Positions 26,041-39,196 of a stretch of 64,000 bases of DNA are shown piece after piece; positions within the stretch are counted from its first letter, which is position 1; each line of letters starts with the position of its first letter. A program made the translations under genes and the position numbers. This stretch comes from Octopus sinensis (taxonomy: Eukaryota), in the NCBI RefSeq assembly GCF_006345805.1, contig NC_042998.1, forward strand, positions 168,268,001 to 168,332,000, given 5' to 3'. The notes beneath the pieces are model-generated. The model did no database searches, had not been told where the DNA came from, and saw only the letters and a program-made list of their open reading frames with translations.

Positions 26041-26830
26041 CAGTATATGGTTCTCAACCATTTTTCACCTACGTCACTTTTCCTGTACCCACTTTACGAG
26101 ATCTCGATCTCGGGTTTACGAGCTTTATCTTTCGAGCACAAGATCCAAATTTTGAACGAAGTGCAAACGTTTCTACTATCATGTCATATGCTTCTGCATG
26201 TTACCGAGAAATTTATAGAGAGCGACAAAAAAAAAAAAAAAAAATAGAGCTCCTTCTAAGCAAAGGTCTGTCTACGAGTGCTTGTGAATCGGCGATCGCA
26301 TCTACAAGTGATGGTGTGCACGAGTCTATTGCGAGTGAAGGTGATTCAGAAAACAATTGTAATAATATTTTTTTTTATTATAAATGATCTTGACAATCTT
26401 TTTACTTTACATAAAATATTCTTTAAATTCTACTGTTGTTTCATTGCCATTTATTTACGAGTGTTATAAATTTTATCGGTAAAATATTTTCTGGGAACGA
26501 ATTATGGTTGCTATTATGGGAAATTATTGCCCCGCTTTACGAGTTTGCACTTTACGAGCAGCCTCCAGGAATATATTAACTCGTATATTGAGGCATTGCT
26601 GTATTTTATTCTGGTGGACCTCTAGTGGACCCCCATAGCCATTTAGTGTTTAAAAGCTAGTTTTATAAATACTTCTCAACTTATATAGGTTTGCGATAGA
26701 ATTCTCTGTGAGAACATGTTTCAGTTGCTAGAAACATGTTGAACTATGTAAAACATTAGAAAAAGAAACCTAACTGTTTCTTGCATTAAAAACATCTAAA
26801 GCAAACTTTTTTCACAGACCCTTAGAATAT
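26041..26830 (+). mobile_element. pogo/Tigger deletion derivative (about 26088-26601), apparently nested in a hAT-type MITE remnant
   Basis: ORF 26181-26387 has SYASACYREIYRERQKKK (Tigger C-terminal motif); right end ctcgtatattgaggcattgctg|TA; repeated tttacgag motifs; flanks tggttctcaaccatttt and ggtggacc..ggacccccatagcc look like a split hAT MITE. Confidence 0.55.
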
Positions 26831-27237
26831 AGGGTGTCTCAGAATTAACTATCTATTTCAGTGAAATCGGACAATTTTTTAAAACTTATTTGTGTTGATG
26901 TTTATCATTTGTAACGTGTTGAAAGTAAATAAATTTTAAATTTTGTTTATAATTCCATAATTTTTTATAATTCTTTCTATAATTTTATGTTTATTCCTGT
27001 ATGCTCCCGCTTTCAATTTGGCTACAATCATTTTCTGTACTTCCATCATCAGGATGGCGCAATAGTTTGGCTTAAAGAATGCCTTCAGTTAGCAATGCTG
27101 AAGATAACACATGAAATGCTTCAAAATGTGTTTCGCAACGCTAAGGAATGATTTGAAATTTAGAGGAAGACAGAGTACATGTGGAACATTCTCAATAAGG
27201 TTTTAACATAAGATTTATAAATTTGTGTGATTTGGTA

Positions 27238-27402
27238 GGCGCAGATGTGACTGTGTGGTAAGAAGCTTGCTTCCCAACCACAGGGTTCCGGGTTCAGTCC
27301 CATTACGTGGCACCTTGGGCAAATGTCTTCTACTTTAGCCTTGGGCTGACTAAAGCCTTTCGAGTGGATTTGGTAAAAGGAAACTGAAACAAGCATGTCG
27401 TG

Positions 27403-27492
<90 letters not shown>

Positions 27493-27520
27493 TATGTATG
27501 GTGTGTGTGTGTGTGTGTAG

Positions 27521-27551
<31 letters not shown>

Positions 27552-27770
27552 ATATATATATATATATAGTACCTCCACGATCGCTTGATAACCGATGCTA
27601 GTGTGTTTATATCCCCTTAACTTGGCAGTTCGGCTAAAGAGAACGATAGAATAAGTACTAGACTTACAAAGAATAAGTTCTGGGGTCGATTTCTTTCACT
27701 AAAACCCATTAAGGCGCTGCTGCAACATGGCCGTAGTCAAATGACTGAAACAAGTAAAAGAATAAAAGAA
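27238..27770 (+). mobile_element. SINE family B with expanded (TA)n spacer
   Basis: Head ggcgcagatgtgactgtgtggtaag, tail gactgaaacaagtaaaag. Confidence 0.88.
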
Positions 27771-28068
27771 AATACTGTCAATTTTCTTTTTTAATTTGCC
27801 CGACTTCATTGAAATAGATCGTTAATTCTGGGACACTCTTGTACTGTTGTGGATCCCCTGCTTACTACTTGTTGAAAACCACTGGCTTACAGGCTGTCAC
27901 TTGGAGAATTACGATTAAAAGGCATGGAAGAGAATTTCTTACATAAGAATGAAACAGTTATTTGTTAAGGTCAAAACAAAACTGTACGTGGTGAGGGCTA
28001 TGTCATCCTTCCTAAGAGAACGAATCCCACAAATGAAACGGTTCACAGAAGAGATGAAAGTATATATA

Positions 28069-28210
<142 letters not shown>

Positions 28211-28955
28211 ATATATGGGTAATCAACATGAAATATGTAGACAAACGAGTTAAATACATAAACAACGAGAAAAAATGGAAAACAGGGCAAGTAAGCACAC
28301 AGAATCGACCCTTCATCAGTTGTCAGCTGTCTAACTACTCCTCATTTCGAGCATTCAATGACAATATGAGTCTTCAAAGACAGTTGCTCCCGTAAATTCT
28401 AAAATAAAATTTTGGATTTATGTAGGGTCAAAGTTGAGAACAAAAACAGGACAATGGGGACATAGAAAGAAACCGAACGAAAACAAACATGGAAGGTCGT
28501 TAGACCAGAAAATTTGGATTCATATGAATATGGTACTTAAGTTGAGGCATCAGAATTTAGTACGGTATTATCCATACAATTTCAAAGTATGGTGATTAAA
28601 ATCAAAATGGTGATGATGATGATGATAATGATGATGGTGATGGATTGACGAACAGCAGAAAAAATAATGTTTTCAGGATGTCAGCTACATACATATCCGT
28701 AAACTAATGTGACAAACATTAATTTGCATTCATGCATCAAAACAAAAATATAAAACCAAATTAACGCGTTACATACAGAATCCATAGAAACCGATAACCG
28801 CACAAATAATTACGCACATACAAAGTTTATGAACAAATGCACGCGCACTTATTCATAAACATGAAACATATACATACGCACATACATATATACACACATA
28901 AATACGTAGATGAATGCACACATTCACGCATACATACAAACACCCATACATAAAT

Positions 28956-28991
<36 letters not shown>

Positions 28992-29011
28992 CTATATATA
29001 TATATATATAT

Positions 29012-29126
<115 letters not shown>

Positions 29127-29720
29127 CATACATAATATATGCATATACAAATGCACACATATATTCATACTATATACAAGCATGTATACGTGTGTGTGTT
29201 TGTTTATTTGTATATGTGTATATATATGTGTAATATATATATATATATATAATATATATATATATATGTATGTATGGATATATATATATACATTACACAT
29301 ACATACATGCATACATACATACATACATACATACATACATACATACATACATACATACAGCTCGTGCCAACAAATGAGTCTCTACGTCGTCATTTGACCC
29401 ACGTAAAATAGTAGCCACATTTTTGTCCCCCTATCCTAATCACACATTTCCAGCTTAAAAAGTGGGGGAAAAAGACAGTTCTAAAATGCTGGATGGGCAC
29501 GGCTGCAATGCCTTTGATCATAAGTCTGCTCGATCAGGGGTGACATAGAATTAAAACAACATCTTTTAGTCAAACGCACGTGTACATATTAAACGAGCCT
29601 TCAAGAAAGCACATTCAAAGGACGACGCGGAAATTACAAACACGTGTACACTACATCCACTGACTGCAGCCACAGAATATACTAATGTAATCACACACAC
29701 ACACACCACACACACACACA

Positions 29721-29766
<46 letters not shown>

Positions 29767-30204
29767 ACACACACACACACACGTACACATATATATACAC
29801 ACACACATATACGCAGTGGCTCATTGCTATGACCACATTTGTAAGCCATCTAATTACGTCCGCAACTCTAGGAATGACTGCAAGAGTAACTATAGTCAGT
29901 CGAGTTGGAAAAAAAGCAAGGCTGGGCAGAGGTAGTTAAAAGCAGAAGTGGTGGTGGTGATGGTGGTGGTAGTAGTGGTAGTGATGGGTGGAAGGATCAG
30001 AACAAACCGGATTAGAAATGGAAGATGAAAAAAAAAAGGGAGACTAGCGTTAAGAGGAATTGAGGAAAGAAGAAAAAGAGGGGCAACTGTTATTTTCTTT
30101 TTTACTTAGTTAAAGGTTATGAAATTAAATCTACTCTAGTTTTCATTCTTTCCTTTTCTCTGTCCCTCGCTTATACATATATATATATATATATATTTGT
30201 GTGT

Positions 30205-30244
<40 letters not shown>

Positions 30245-30277
30245 ATGCGTGTGTGTGTTTGTATGTATGTATGTATG

Positions 30278-30311
<34 letters not shown>

Positions 30312-30705
30312 TGTATGTATGTGTGTATGTATGTATGTATATACGTATATATGTACATATATATGTTTTATGTGTGTGCGCGTGTTTGTGTATGTGTGAG
30401 TGAGAGAGAGAGGAGAGGTTACGCGCCCACACACACACATACACACACAGTTAAGAGAAATTAAAGAATTAAAGAAATGTGCAAAGACAAAATATGGAAA
30501 CAACCAAAAATAAATTGAAATGAGAAGCAAACGCAATTTACTAACTTCTCTTTTTCACACAAATTATTTCTCTTTATAAGAATCACAGTTCCGCTAATCC
30601 TGCATTTTTTGTAGTACCGTATTATCAAATATACCGGTGTCGTAGAACTCAACCTTAAAAACAACAAATTTTATTTTTCAACCAGATTTCCAAGACACAA
30701 ATGTA

Positions 30706-31272
30706 TTGGGTTGTCCGGAAAGTTCGTGCCGATTTTTAAAGGAAAGAAAAAGGTCAATAAATACTTGCCATTACATTTTTAATCAACCAAATATAAACCA
30801 TTTTGTTGCACAATGCGTCTCCATCTTTCCTTTAACTTGAAAATACCCTCTTCCCAGAATTGAGGTGGTTTCATGGCAAAGAATGCATCAAGGTATCTTT
30901 TTACGTCATCCAAGGAATTGAAATTTTTACCTTTAAGACTATTCTGCAGAGACCTGAATAAGTGGAAATCCGAGGGGAGCAATATCTGGTGAATATGGAG
31001 GGTGGGGTAACACATCCCAGCCGAGCTGCAGTAATTTTTGTCTGGTTCCCAAAGTATCAAGTGCCGAAAATGAACTTTCTTATCTTCCATTTTAAAGGGT
31101 TACAAAATTAACACAGGTTATAGCAACATAAGCTTTCTTCCACGAAAAGATAGCTAAAACTGTGCTCTAAATGGAGGTGTAGTCAAATCCTATTTTATGG
31201 ACTCAACCATGTTCTAAAATAAGTCGAAAGATAAGCTACAATAAATCGGCATGGACTTTCCGGACAACCCAA
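30706..31272 (-). mobile_element. Internally deleted mariner (567 bp) with both TIRs
   Basis: TA|ttgggttgtccggaaagttcgtgccgattt ... aaatcggcatggactttccggacaacccaa|TA; 30-bp TIR with 2 mismatches. Confidence 0.95.
30779..31090 (-). CDS. Fused mariner transposase remnant (N-terminal 15 aa plus C-terminus), 103 aa
   Basis: MEDKKVHFRHLILWE joined to ...PSDFHLFRSLQNSL...KLKERWRRIVQQNGLYLVD; the alternate frame gives TRQKLLQLGWDVLPHPPYSPDIAP. Confidence 0.75.
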   Translation of the reverse strand: MEDKKVHFRHLILWEPDKNYCSSAGMCYPTLHIHQILLPSDFHLFRSLQNSLKGKNFNSLDDVKRYLDAFFAMKPPQFWEEGIFKLKERWRRIVQQNGLYLVD

Positions 31273-31729
31273 TATTTTAGCTCCCTCAAAATCCGACGGC
31301 TTCTTTCCTGTTTTGAAGTTTCTAAACTATCCATAAGTCTCTGCAATACTAGTAACTTTGTATAATAACTTTGCAGTTTCAATGACATTTGGACATGAAA
31401 TTGGTATAATCATAGATCATTTTGCACTAAAGCACTTGAAGAACAACTTAAATAAGCAATTCATTTATTCGCAATAGTTATGTTTCTTTAACGTGTGCCT
31501 CACATGAACGCCGTAACTCGTTTTAGAAAACAAAAGAAAACTGCATCATTTATAGTCCAACCGTATATTTTCACCTACAATCCTCAAAATAATACGTCTT
31601 ACAATATCGTATTCCAAAACCGATAACAAAAAAGGACTATAGGCTAATCCAAATAAATCCAAAGATATGCCATCATAAAAAGCAAAAGGTACTAAGATAC
31701 TAAGGCTAAACTTCACACAATAACAACAG

Positions 31730-32650
31730 GTCTAATAGTAAAAAATGCGGAAGATCCAACTGTGATAAGTGTTATATTCTGACAGAATGATCGAAGATCC
31801 TTTTTAAACAAGGACAATGCTCTACAATAAAAAAATAATTTCACCTTCTCATCAGAAATCTTATTCTATGATAGGAATGTGGAGAAAATTATATTGGACA
31901 AATCTCATAGTCCTGAAGTCAACGCATGACTCTGCATAGATCATAAATAAAATTACGGGAATAGAGATAAATAGGACTTAGTACACTTATAGAAACATGT
32001 GCAGGTAATAATCAACCAAACTTTACAATTTTCCCCAATATCAATTCAGCGATTACATAACACAACAACAGCGTATCAACAAACAACTTTCATAACCAAA
32101 TACCGACCACTTCAAAATAACTACCGTCACCCTAACTTTCATTTTTAACGGAAAATCAGCAGTAGGTTTTATAGTCTGCAAAATCGTTTGACACCTCTTG
32201 TTGAGTGAGAAAGAAAATACTGTTGGTGATATTAAATTAATTCTCTAAAACCCCAAGGGCTTTCACGAGTTACTCTAAATTCAAAGTACTTATGATTCTA
32301 GGTGTAGAAAGCCACACTGTAACGTGTAACATTTCCAACGATGCATTACTACTTTTAGACAATGCTCTAAAGCCAATCAGTAAAATTTGGGATCTTCTTG
32401 ATAATGTGAGAGTGTAATACACCCTCAAGAACACAACCTTTTTCTCTAACCTATGAATTAAAGTGCAATAATTAATTTCAAGGTATATTAATCTAAGGAT
32501 TTGGAAACAATTCAAAGTACTGATTGATGGGAGATGATAAACCTACAGTAAGAGACTTCTCGAAAACGTGTAACTTTATGAATGTAGAGACTAACGTACC
32601 AGAGTTATGGGATGAACGGAAGCCTTAGCAATTAATGGTGTTTGTAAGAA
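31730..32650 (+). pseudogene. Decayed Penelope-like GIY-YIG endonuclease region(s)
   Basis: KKCGRSNCDKCYIL; segments resembling NLIYxIxCxxCGENYIGQ and LRQRMTLHR; a second CRKPHC...RKRVTL set at about 32300-32600. Confidence 0.55.
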
Positions 32651-32709
32651 CATACGGCTAAACTATCCCTGACTGCAAAGGGTTTCCACCAGCAGAATTT
32701 CTACATTAC

Positions 32710-32828
32710 GTCTAGCAGAATATTGCGACTTGCGAAAAGGATATAGGGTTTGGAAGAATAGTAGATGATATGGTTGACTTGTTATGGTCTCATAGATTGA
32801 GAGCAAGCAGCAGTACTAAAGGAGAATA
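32710..32828 (+). pseudogene. pogo/Tigger transposase relic, left piece
   Basis: ILRLAKRI*GLEE/VDDMVDLLWSH matches the Tigger C-terminal LAK..GF..D..ELL.SH motif; continues after 36005. Confidence 0.55.
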
Positions 32829-33950
32829 TATTATGCTGTCAGATAAATACAATCGTTTCTTTCCAATATTATTTGATTAACCCGAAAAATATTTTTATTG
32901 TAAATTTAGAATTTTTTGTAGAGATTTTGTAGCTCTATTTTGTAGATAGAGCTCTATTTTGTAGATAGAGCTCTATTTTGTATCTCTATTCTTTCTCTAA
33001 AACTTTTGTTCATCGTTTTTAAAATTTGAATATATTTTACCTCTTTTCTGTTAAATAGCAATGCAGTGAGAAGTAGAAATGATGAGCATACGCATGTTCG
33101 ACACTGAAAGTTTCAAAGCTGCCAAAGTCACTCCAGATAATAGAACAATAGAGACGGTGCTATTACTGAAAGAACTGTACAGAAATTATTTGTCACGATT
33201 CAAGGTGGGGGAATTCGACATCACAGACTATGCACGTTCAAAAGTTTGCGCACGGGTGCCACACGCCCTGTGCGAATGAAACAAATTCCAGCGCTTCTCT
33301 AGCACTCTAGTTTGCTCGTTCGACACTAGGCTACACGTGGACTCAAAAAGAGATTTCTTTATCACATCATTACCAGATGAAAACTAGCGTATTGCGTAAT
33401 TCTGAAGAAGAAGTAAAGAATGCCTAAACTCCGACAAGCAAGCAATACCTCGAACCAAGCAAGATCTGCCCCCCTGCAAGACAATGATCTTCGTTTGGTG
33501 ATACTGGGAAGGGTTAATGCACTACAGAATGCTTGAAAACAACCACAGGGTCAATGCTGAGATTTATGTTTTGCAAATGAACCAGTTCAATGAGCTAATC
33601 CAACTGAAACTACCCAAGCGACGATGCAGCGTATTTCTTCAAAATGACAACAGCTCTCACCCGGCTAGTTTTATCAGAAAGGTTATTCAAGAGCTCAATT
33701 GGAAAGTTCAACTGCATCCACAGTATTCTCCTGATATAGCGCCTTCAGATTACCTCCTTTCTCGGTTGCTCTCAAATAGTCTGCAAAGTGTTTCGATCAA
33801 CAACGAAGTGGAGTTGAAAATATGGCTCGGATTCTTCCAGTTAAGACCATGTGATTTCTAGCGTCAAAGCATCGACAAGCTAGTGTGACGTTGGTAAGAT
33901 GTTATGAACGATAAAGAGGAAAAGGAGAATATATTATTGACTGATTTTAA

Positions 33951-35928
33951 GAGTCGCTTCGCGGGTGAGAGTATTGACTTTTTGTAGAACTTTAAAATAT
34001 TGAATTGTCGCAAACTGAATAATAAACGGGGCAATTCGATTGGTAAAAATTAATATATAAAAAACAAAAACACATAGGTAGTCTAGATTTTGATTTTGCT
34101 TCACCCAATCGGCATTTATGTCAGAATTATCATGTACTTGCAAAAAAGGTAGATGTATTAGTTGTCAAGGATGTTACAGATGTGGATGTACATGTCGTTG
34201 AGATAATAAACGCAACGAAAATGTAAACACACGTGTGACAAAGAGAATACGACTTATGGGAGGTGTCGGCACACGTAAAGCAAATATGAAAACGTAGTGT
34301 GTATATGGAACAAGAAGATTCTGAACCAGAAGTTAGCGATCCATCACGAATTGTTTCAACAGTGAGGGCATTGTATGAAGCATTTGGTTTAAAATCAGTA
34401 TCATCATTACCGGGAAAAGCTAAACGTGAAAGTACCCGAATGGAAGATTTTGACGAAGCAGCTAAAAAGCGACTGGTGAAATTAACCAGTACCATAATGA
34501 AAAAAGTATGCTCTATCATTAGTGCGTATGATGCCGAAGGCCTTATGAAAGAGGTTGTTATAAACGAAGGAGAAGGTGTCTTCGATGAAGGCAAATTAGC
34601 GGAAAATATCATTAAAGTACGAGATGCATTGCCGAGAAATGTTATACAAGCTGATGCTGTTACAGCTCCATTAGCGGTATCCTTAGTTCCAAGTGTTTTG
34701 AAAGATCGTTTTGGTATTGGTATGAAGAAAGTAGCTTCATTAAGACGAAAGTATAAGCATATGGCAAGTGGAAAGCAGCTTACACCTTCCAATAGATTAA
34801 TTATACGATACGATCGTGATCAAATGGAAGCTGCAGAGGAGTTTGTTTTGTCGGATGCTAATGTATGCCGAATCCCATGGGGTACCTAAACAGTTACGAT
34901 TAATAGCGACGAAATACATCTCCTTAAGCTGATTAGGAAAAAAGAATACAACTATAATGCTACGTGATTACAAAGAAACCATACCTAAAAATAGTAAATT
35001 AGGCTCTACATCATTCCGGAAGATAGTCAAAACGTTAACTACCAAGGATCAAACAATTAAACAAGCGGTCGATTACGTGTCGGGAGTATTAAAGTATGAT
35101 AATTTTGCACGTCTGAAGACTGTTGTTGCTACCAGTACCGAATCAGAATCTTTGAATGCTATTGTGAATGGTTTAGAGGTTTACATTAAGACAACCTATG
35201 AAGGGACACATTTCTACATGTAGTGTCACGGATAAAGAGTTTTCTTTATCTATCTCTGGAGCGGAAATGAAATAATGTGGTGTTTGTTGCTTCCCCCAAC
35301 CATGTAAAACAATACATTAAACAGTATGTGAGCCCAGAACATGAAATTCTATTGAATGATGCTATGGAATATATTTAATTTGAGTAACGAAAACGAAGAT
35401 ATGAAACGAAGTCCAGGTAAAATGTTAGTGAAACTTAAACGTAAAGATCCTGGGCGTTTGGAATGACTATGGGAAACAGAAATTCGAACTATTTCATCCT
35501 TGATGGCAAAGAAAAGGAAGGGACAATCAACACTGTATAAATCTAGCCGTGGAATTCATGAGCCATTCAAGTCAACAGTGCTGGAAATATTTCGGGAAGA
35601 TCCTAATATTACACCATACAGGGGATGGGAATTGTTCCAACAAAGACATCCTCCACACGATATATCCACGTATCCAACTGAGGCAAAATATCTTCTTTAA
35701 AGGTTAAATATAGGATAACAGGTAAAATACCTTAAAGATTTAAAGAAAACATTGTAACTTTTCGAAAAATTGAATTTTCGAGAAAATAAAGTATCTTCGA
35801 GAATTTTATAAATATGCGACACAAAATATATAATACTACAGCTATAGCACGATTTTACTGAGTTTTGGTAGTTTAAGTTGCTACAAAACTGGTCAAACTT
35901 CCATACTCTGAGTCGTGTAACGACACTC
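33951..35928 (+). mobile_element. Putative Sola3-like DNA transposon relic
   Basis: Left end TTAA|GAG, right end CTC|aaaa; degenerate terminal IR of about 50 bp (gagtcg..gagagtat..tgac..ttttgtag.aactt); broken ORF in pieces 34299-34889, 34957-35223 and 35500-35700. Confidence 0.5.
34299..35223 (+). pseudogene. Interrupted transposase-like ORF inside the Sola3-like element
   Basis: The 196-aa ORF continues past a TAA (PWGT*TVTINSDEIHLLKLIRKK) and a frameshift into MLRDYKE...LGSTSFRKIVKTL...AVDYVSG; it is the longest non-repetitive ORF in the window. Confidence 0.6.
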
Positions 35929-36005
35929 AAAAGTCGTTGCCTAAAAAATAAGAATTAAAATAAATGAAGAAAAAGAAACTAACAGATTTATCTGAAAGTC
36001 CGATA

Positions 36006-36232
36006 GAAGTTTCAACCTTTCCACTTCAGGTGACTGCAAATAATATGGCTAAAGAAATTGTGATTATTAAGAAAGGTTTTTTTGTTGATAATGATCCTAA
36101 TCGTGAACATAGCACACAAATTACGAGAGGAGTTCACGCTGACATCAGTTTCTAGACTGAGCTGTGTAAAAAAAGGTGGTACTCTGCAAACGGCAAACTA
36201 CTATAGATAACCTCTTCACTGCTACCGTAAAT
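36006..36232 (+). pseudogene. pogo/Tigger transposase relic, right piece
   Basis: FFVDNDPNREHSTQITRGVHADISF*TELCKK matches the Tigger C-terminal DPN.ERS pattern. Confidence 0.55.
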
Positions 36233-36594
36233 GTTGGCATCCTTTTTGTCTCGGGAGACAATGGAGTTGCGCATAAAAAATTATCTAGTCCGGCTTTTAC
36301 ATTTCATGTCCTAATACATCTCCTGCTGTGGCTGTGTAGTCCAATCCTGGACAAACACTCCCTCTGGCAGGTGCCGCAAATATAGCTAAGACTTTGCCTG
36401 GCTGGTTGTGATGTCATAGTTTCTTGTTGACGTCTTTTCTTGTCTTTCCATTTCTCCTCTCTCTCTGTCACTCCTTTGTGTTCCCTCTTTTACGGTACGT
36501 CGCCAATCTCCACGGTTGCTGGCAACTGCTTCCCAGTTGCTAATATTGATGTTGCAGGCCTTCATGTCCCTTTTGCAAACATCCTTGTATCATA
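36233..36594 (-). mobile_element. 5'-truncated RTE (BovB-like) LINE with 28-bp target-site duplication
   Basis: Minus strand reads KDVCKRDMKACNINISNWEAVASNRGDWRRTV and has a C-terminal CQRECLSRIGLHSH zinc-knuckle-like motif; 3' UTR ends ccattgtctcccgagacaaaaaggatgccaac; flanked by agataacctcttc(a/c)ctgct(a/g)ccgtaaat at 36205 and 36595. Confidence 0.88.
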
Positions 36595-36796
36595 AGATAA
36601 CCTCTTCCCTGCTGCCGTAAATACTGATAATAATAATCTACAGGATAGAAAATAGAGCCCTCCGCCCCCACTCCTAGTAGCTCCCTTTATCACAATCTCT
36701 AATTATGCAGCAGTCAACATCTTTTATGGTTAATACGATGTCACTACATTCTTACTTATTCTCTTTTGTATTATTCTTACTTATAAGTATATATAT

Positions 36797-37205
36797 GCGC
36801 AGGAGTGGCTGTGTGGTAAGTAGCTTGTTTACCAACCACATGGTTTCGGGTTCAGTCCCACTGCGTGGCACCTTGGGCAAGTGTCTTCTACTATAGCCTC
36901 GGGCCGACCAAAGCCTTGTGAGTGGATTTGGTAGACGGAAACTAGAAGAAGCCCGTCGTATATATGTATATATATATATATGCATGTGTGTGTGTTTGTG
37001 TGTCTGTGTCTGTCCCCCTAGCATTGCTTGACAACCGATGCTGGTGTGTTTATGTCCCCGTCACTTAGCGGTTCGGCAAAAAAAGACCGATAGAATAAGT
37101 ACTGGGCTTACAAAGAATAAGTCCCGGGGTCGAGTTGCTCGATTAAAGGCGGTGCTCCAGCATGGCCGCAGTCAAATGACTGAAACAAGTAAAAGAGTAA
37201 AAGAG
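36797..37205 (+). mobile_element. Full-length SINE family B
   Basis: Intact head, CORE-like segment and tail. Confidence 0.92.
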
Positions 37206-39107
37206 AGTAATATATTGTATTTCTGTTTAAAGATATTTCAAACGTAAAAGTGGTTGCTCTTGTCATTACTATAATTTTTCTTTTTGCGAAAAATATCTTT
37301 CGAAATGTCTGTCTATTTATAGCATGAAAATCAATGGACAATAAGTTTCGTGTTACAAAACTTTCGCGTTATGGAATGTTTTGCAAACTTGATGTTCCGT
37401 ACCGTGAGGTGTATCAATACGTTTTCCACCAGTTAATTGATGGGAAAAGCTTATTGACACACCTCGGAAAAGCAATTGATTGCTAAGGTTTGAAAGTGTA
37501 AGTTTGAGTACTTGTGTACGTTCTATACAAACATCTTTGTACAATTTTAATGTCAGGATAGCAACTGGGTTGAACTCAAGATATAATATATCCTTACTAG
37601 TTCTTTATTTTAACATCTCTATTCTATTCCTGCCTTCCCTAAGTCACTTTCACACTGCCTACTTTTTTATGTATGTATGTATGTATATGTTCTGTGTATA
37701 AATATGTGATGTATGTCATAGTTTAAGTGGCTGAATATTCCACAGACATATTTTTAATGCGCTTCTAACGCAGATTCTGTGTATTATGAGGCTGGCAGAC
37801 TGTGACATGTCAGTCTCTTTCGAGCTCTGATAGAGTCTGTCCGTAGGACTTTCAGTTAGTTTCCAACTATTTTTTTTTTTTACTCACTAGATTTCGGATA
37901 TCACAAAGCTATGTAAATGATATTACGTTCTTGCATTTGGTTTACAAGATTCTTGATATGAACTCGTATGTTAAAGTACATTTTGTTGTGTATCGGGACA
38001 ATTATAATGCCAATAATAAACGCACACATTGGTTCTGTTCCACATTTTTTTTATTACCAGTCAATGATATGCCCTTAGATAGAGCATGTCATTGTTGAGG
38101 CCGCAAATGGCGATAAAAGCATTTTCATAAACATAGTTGACTGATTGATTGACTAAACTAGTGATCACGTAATTGATGAGTTAATTGGTTAAATAGTTAA
38201 CCAACTGGTTAATAATAATAAAAGAAGTGCAATAGTGCCAATACATGTGCTTTTTATTAGCATAATGACCTTCATGCGATACAAAAATAGCTATGTAAAA
38301 TATATTTCCCCAAAGTTATCTTGAGGTAGGATTGAACTTATGATCCCATGACTGCGACGTAAATTTCTTAACCATTCAGTCTTGCCAGACGTACACATAC
38401 TTATCTTACGTTCACGCAGAAATTCTGTTACAGAATCTCTCCTAATAATTGTCCTTTCTGTCTAATCATCCAATTACCACCACCACCCTCTTTATCTTCC
38501 GGAACACCCTCCCGCTGTTTCACTTTCAACTCCTCCCGTACCCTTTTCCTACCCATTCTTTCTTCTGTTTCATTTTTTCCTTTTTTTTTCTCTCTCTCTC
38601 TTACCTCTAACAGAAGGCTCGTGTTTTACATACGTCTTACAACCGCATACCAAAACATCGGCGCATATCCCCTCAATAATTTACCATCCCTGTCCACGAT
38701 TCGCTTTTGACTTCGCTCATTTACGCTATCAAAACTCCACGTGCACAAAGCTTTTCTTACGTTTATGTATTTATTGTTTGTTCGTTTGTTTATTTACTTA
38801 CATATTTGTTTGTTTATTTCATGCTCTCAGTATGATATTATTTTACCCTATATTACCATTTCCGACATACCACAATAACTACAACCATCATCTTCATCGC
38901 TGTTGCCACCACCACCATCATCATCACAAGAAACCGGGGAAAGCGGTTTACTATTCAAAAGCATTCCATCTTTCGAATTCTACCTCACCTCATTTCTACG
39001 TCAGCTCTTCTTTTCCAAGTCTTAGACCACACCACACACACACACGCACGCACACACGCATACACACACACTTTCCTCCTCCTCCTCTTTTCTCTCTCGT
39101 CCCTCAC

Positions 39108-39196
39108 CTAGCCGCTTTCATTTCTGTCTCTGGCTTATGGATAACATTCGTTGTATTTTGCTCAAACCACAGACTTTTAACTTCTTCAGCCTCCAT
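39108..39196 (-). CDS. Candidate first coding exon of an unidentified host gene (MEAEEVKSLWFEQNTTNVIHKPETEMKAA, phase 2)
   Basis: ggcATGG start context, 29 open codons, AG|GTGAGG donor, non-repetitive sequence; no homology recognised. Confidence 0.3.

Larger units (their letters stand above)
32831..36003 (+). mobile_element. Degraded mariner element interrupted by a 2-kb insertion
   Basis: TA-flanked degenerate TIRs (ttatgctgtcagataaat...gtttcttt versus the reverse complement of aaagaaac...atttatctgaaagtccga); transposase remnants at 33060-33944 with HPQYSPDIAPSDY and C-terminal EYIID*. Confidence 0.8.
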
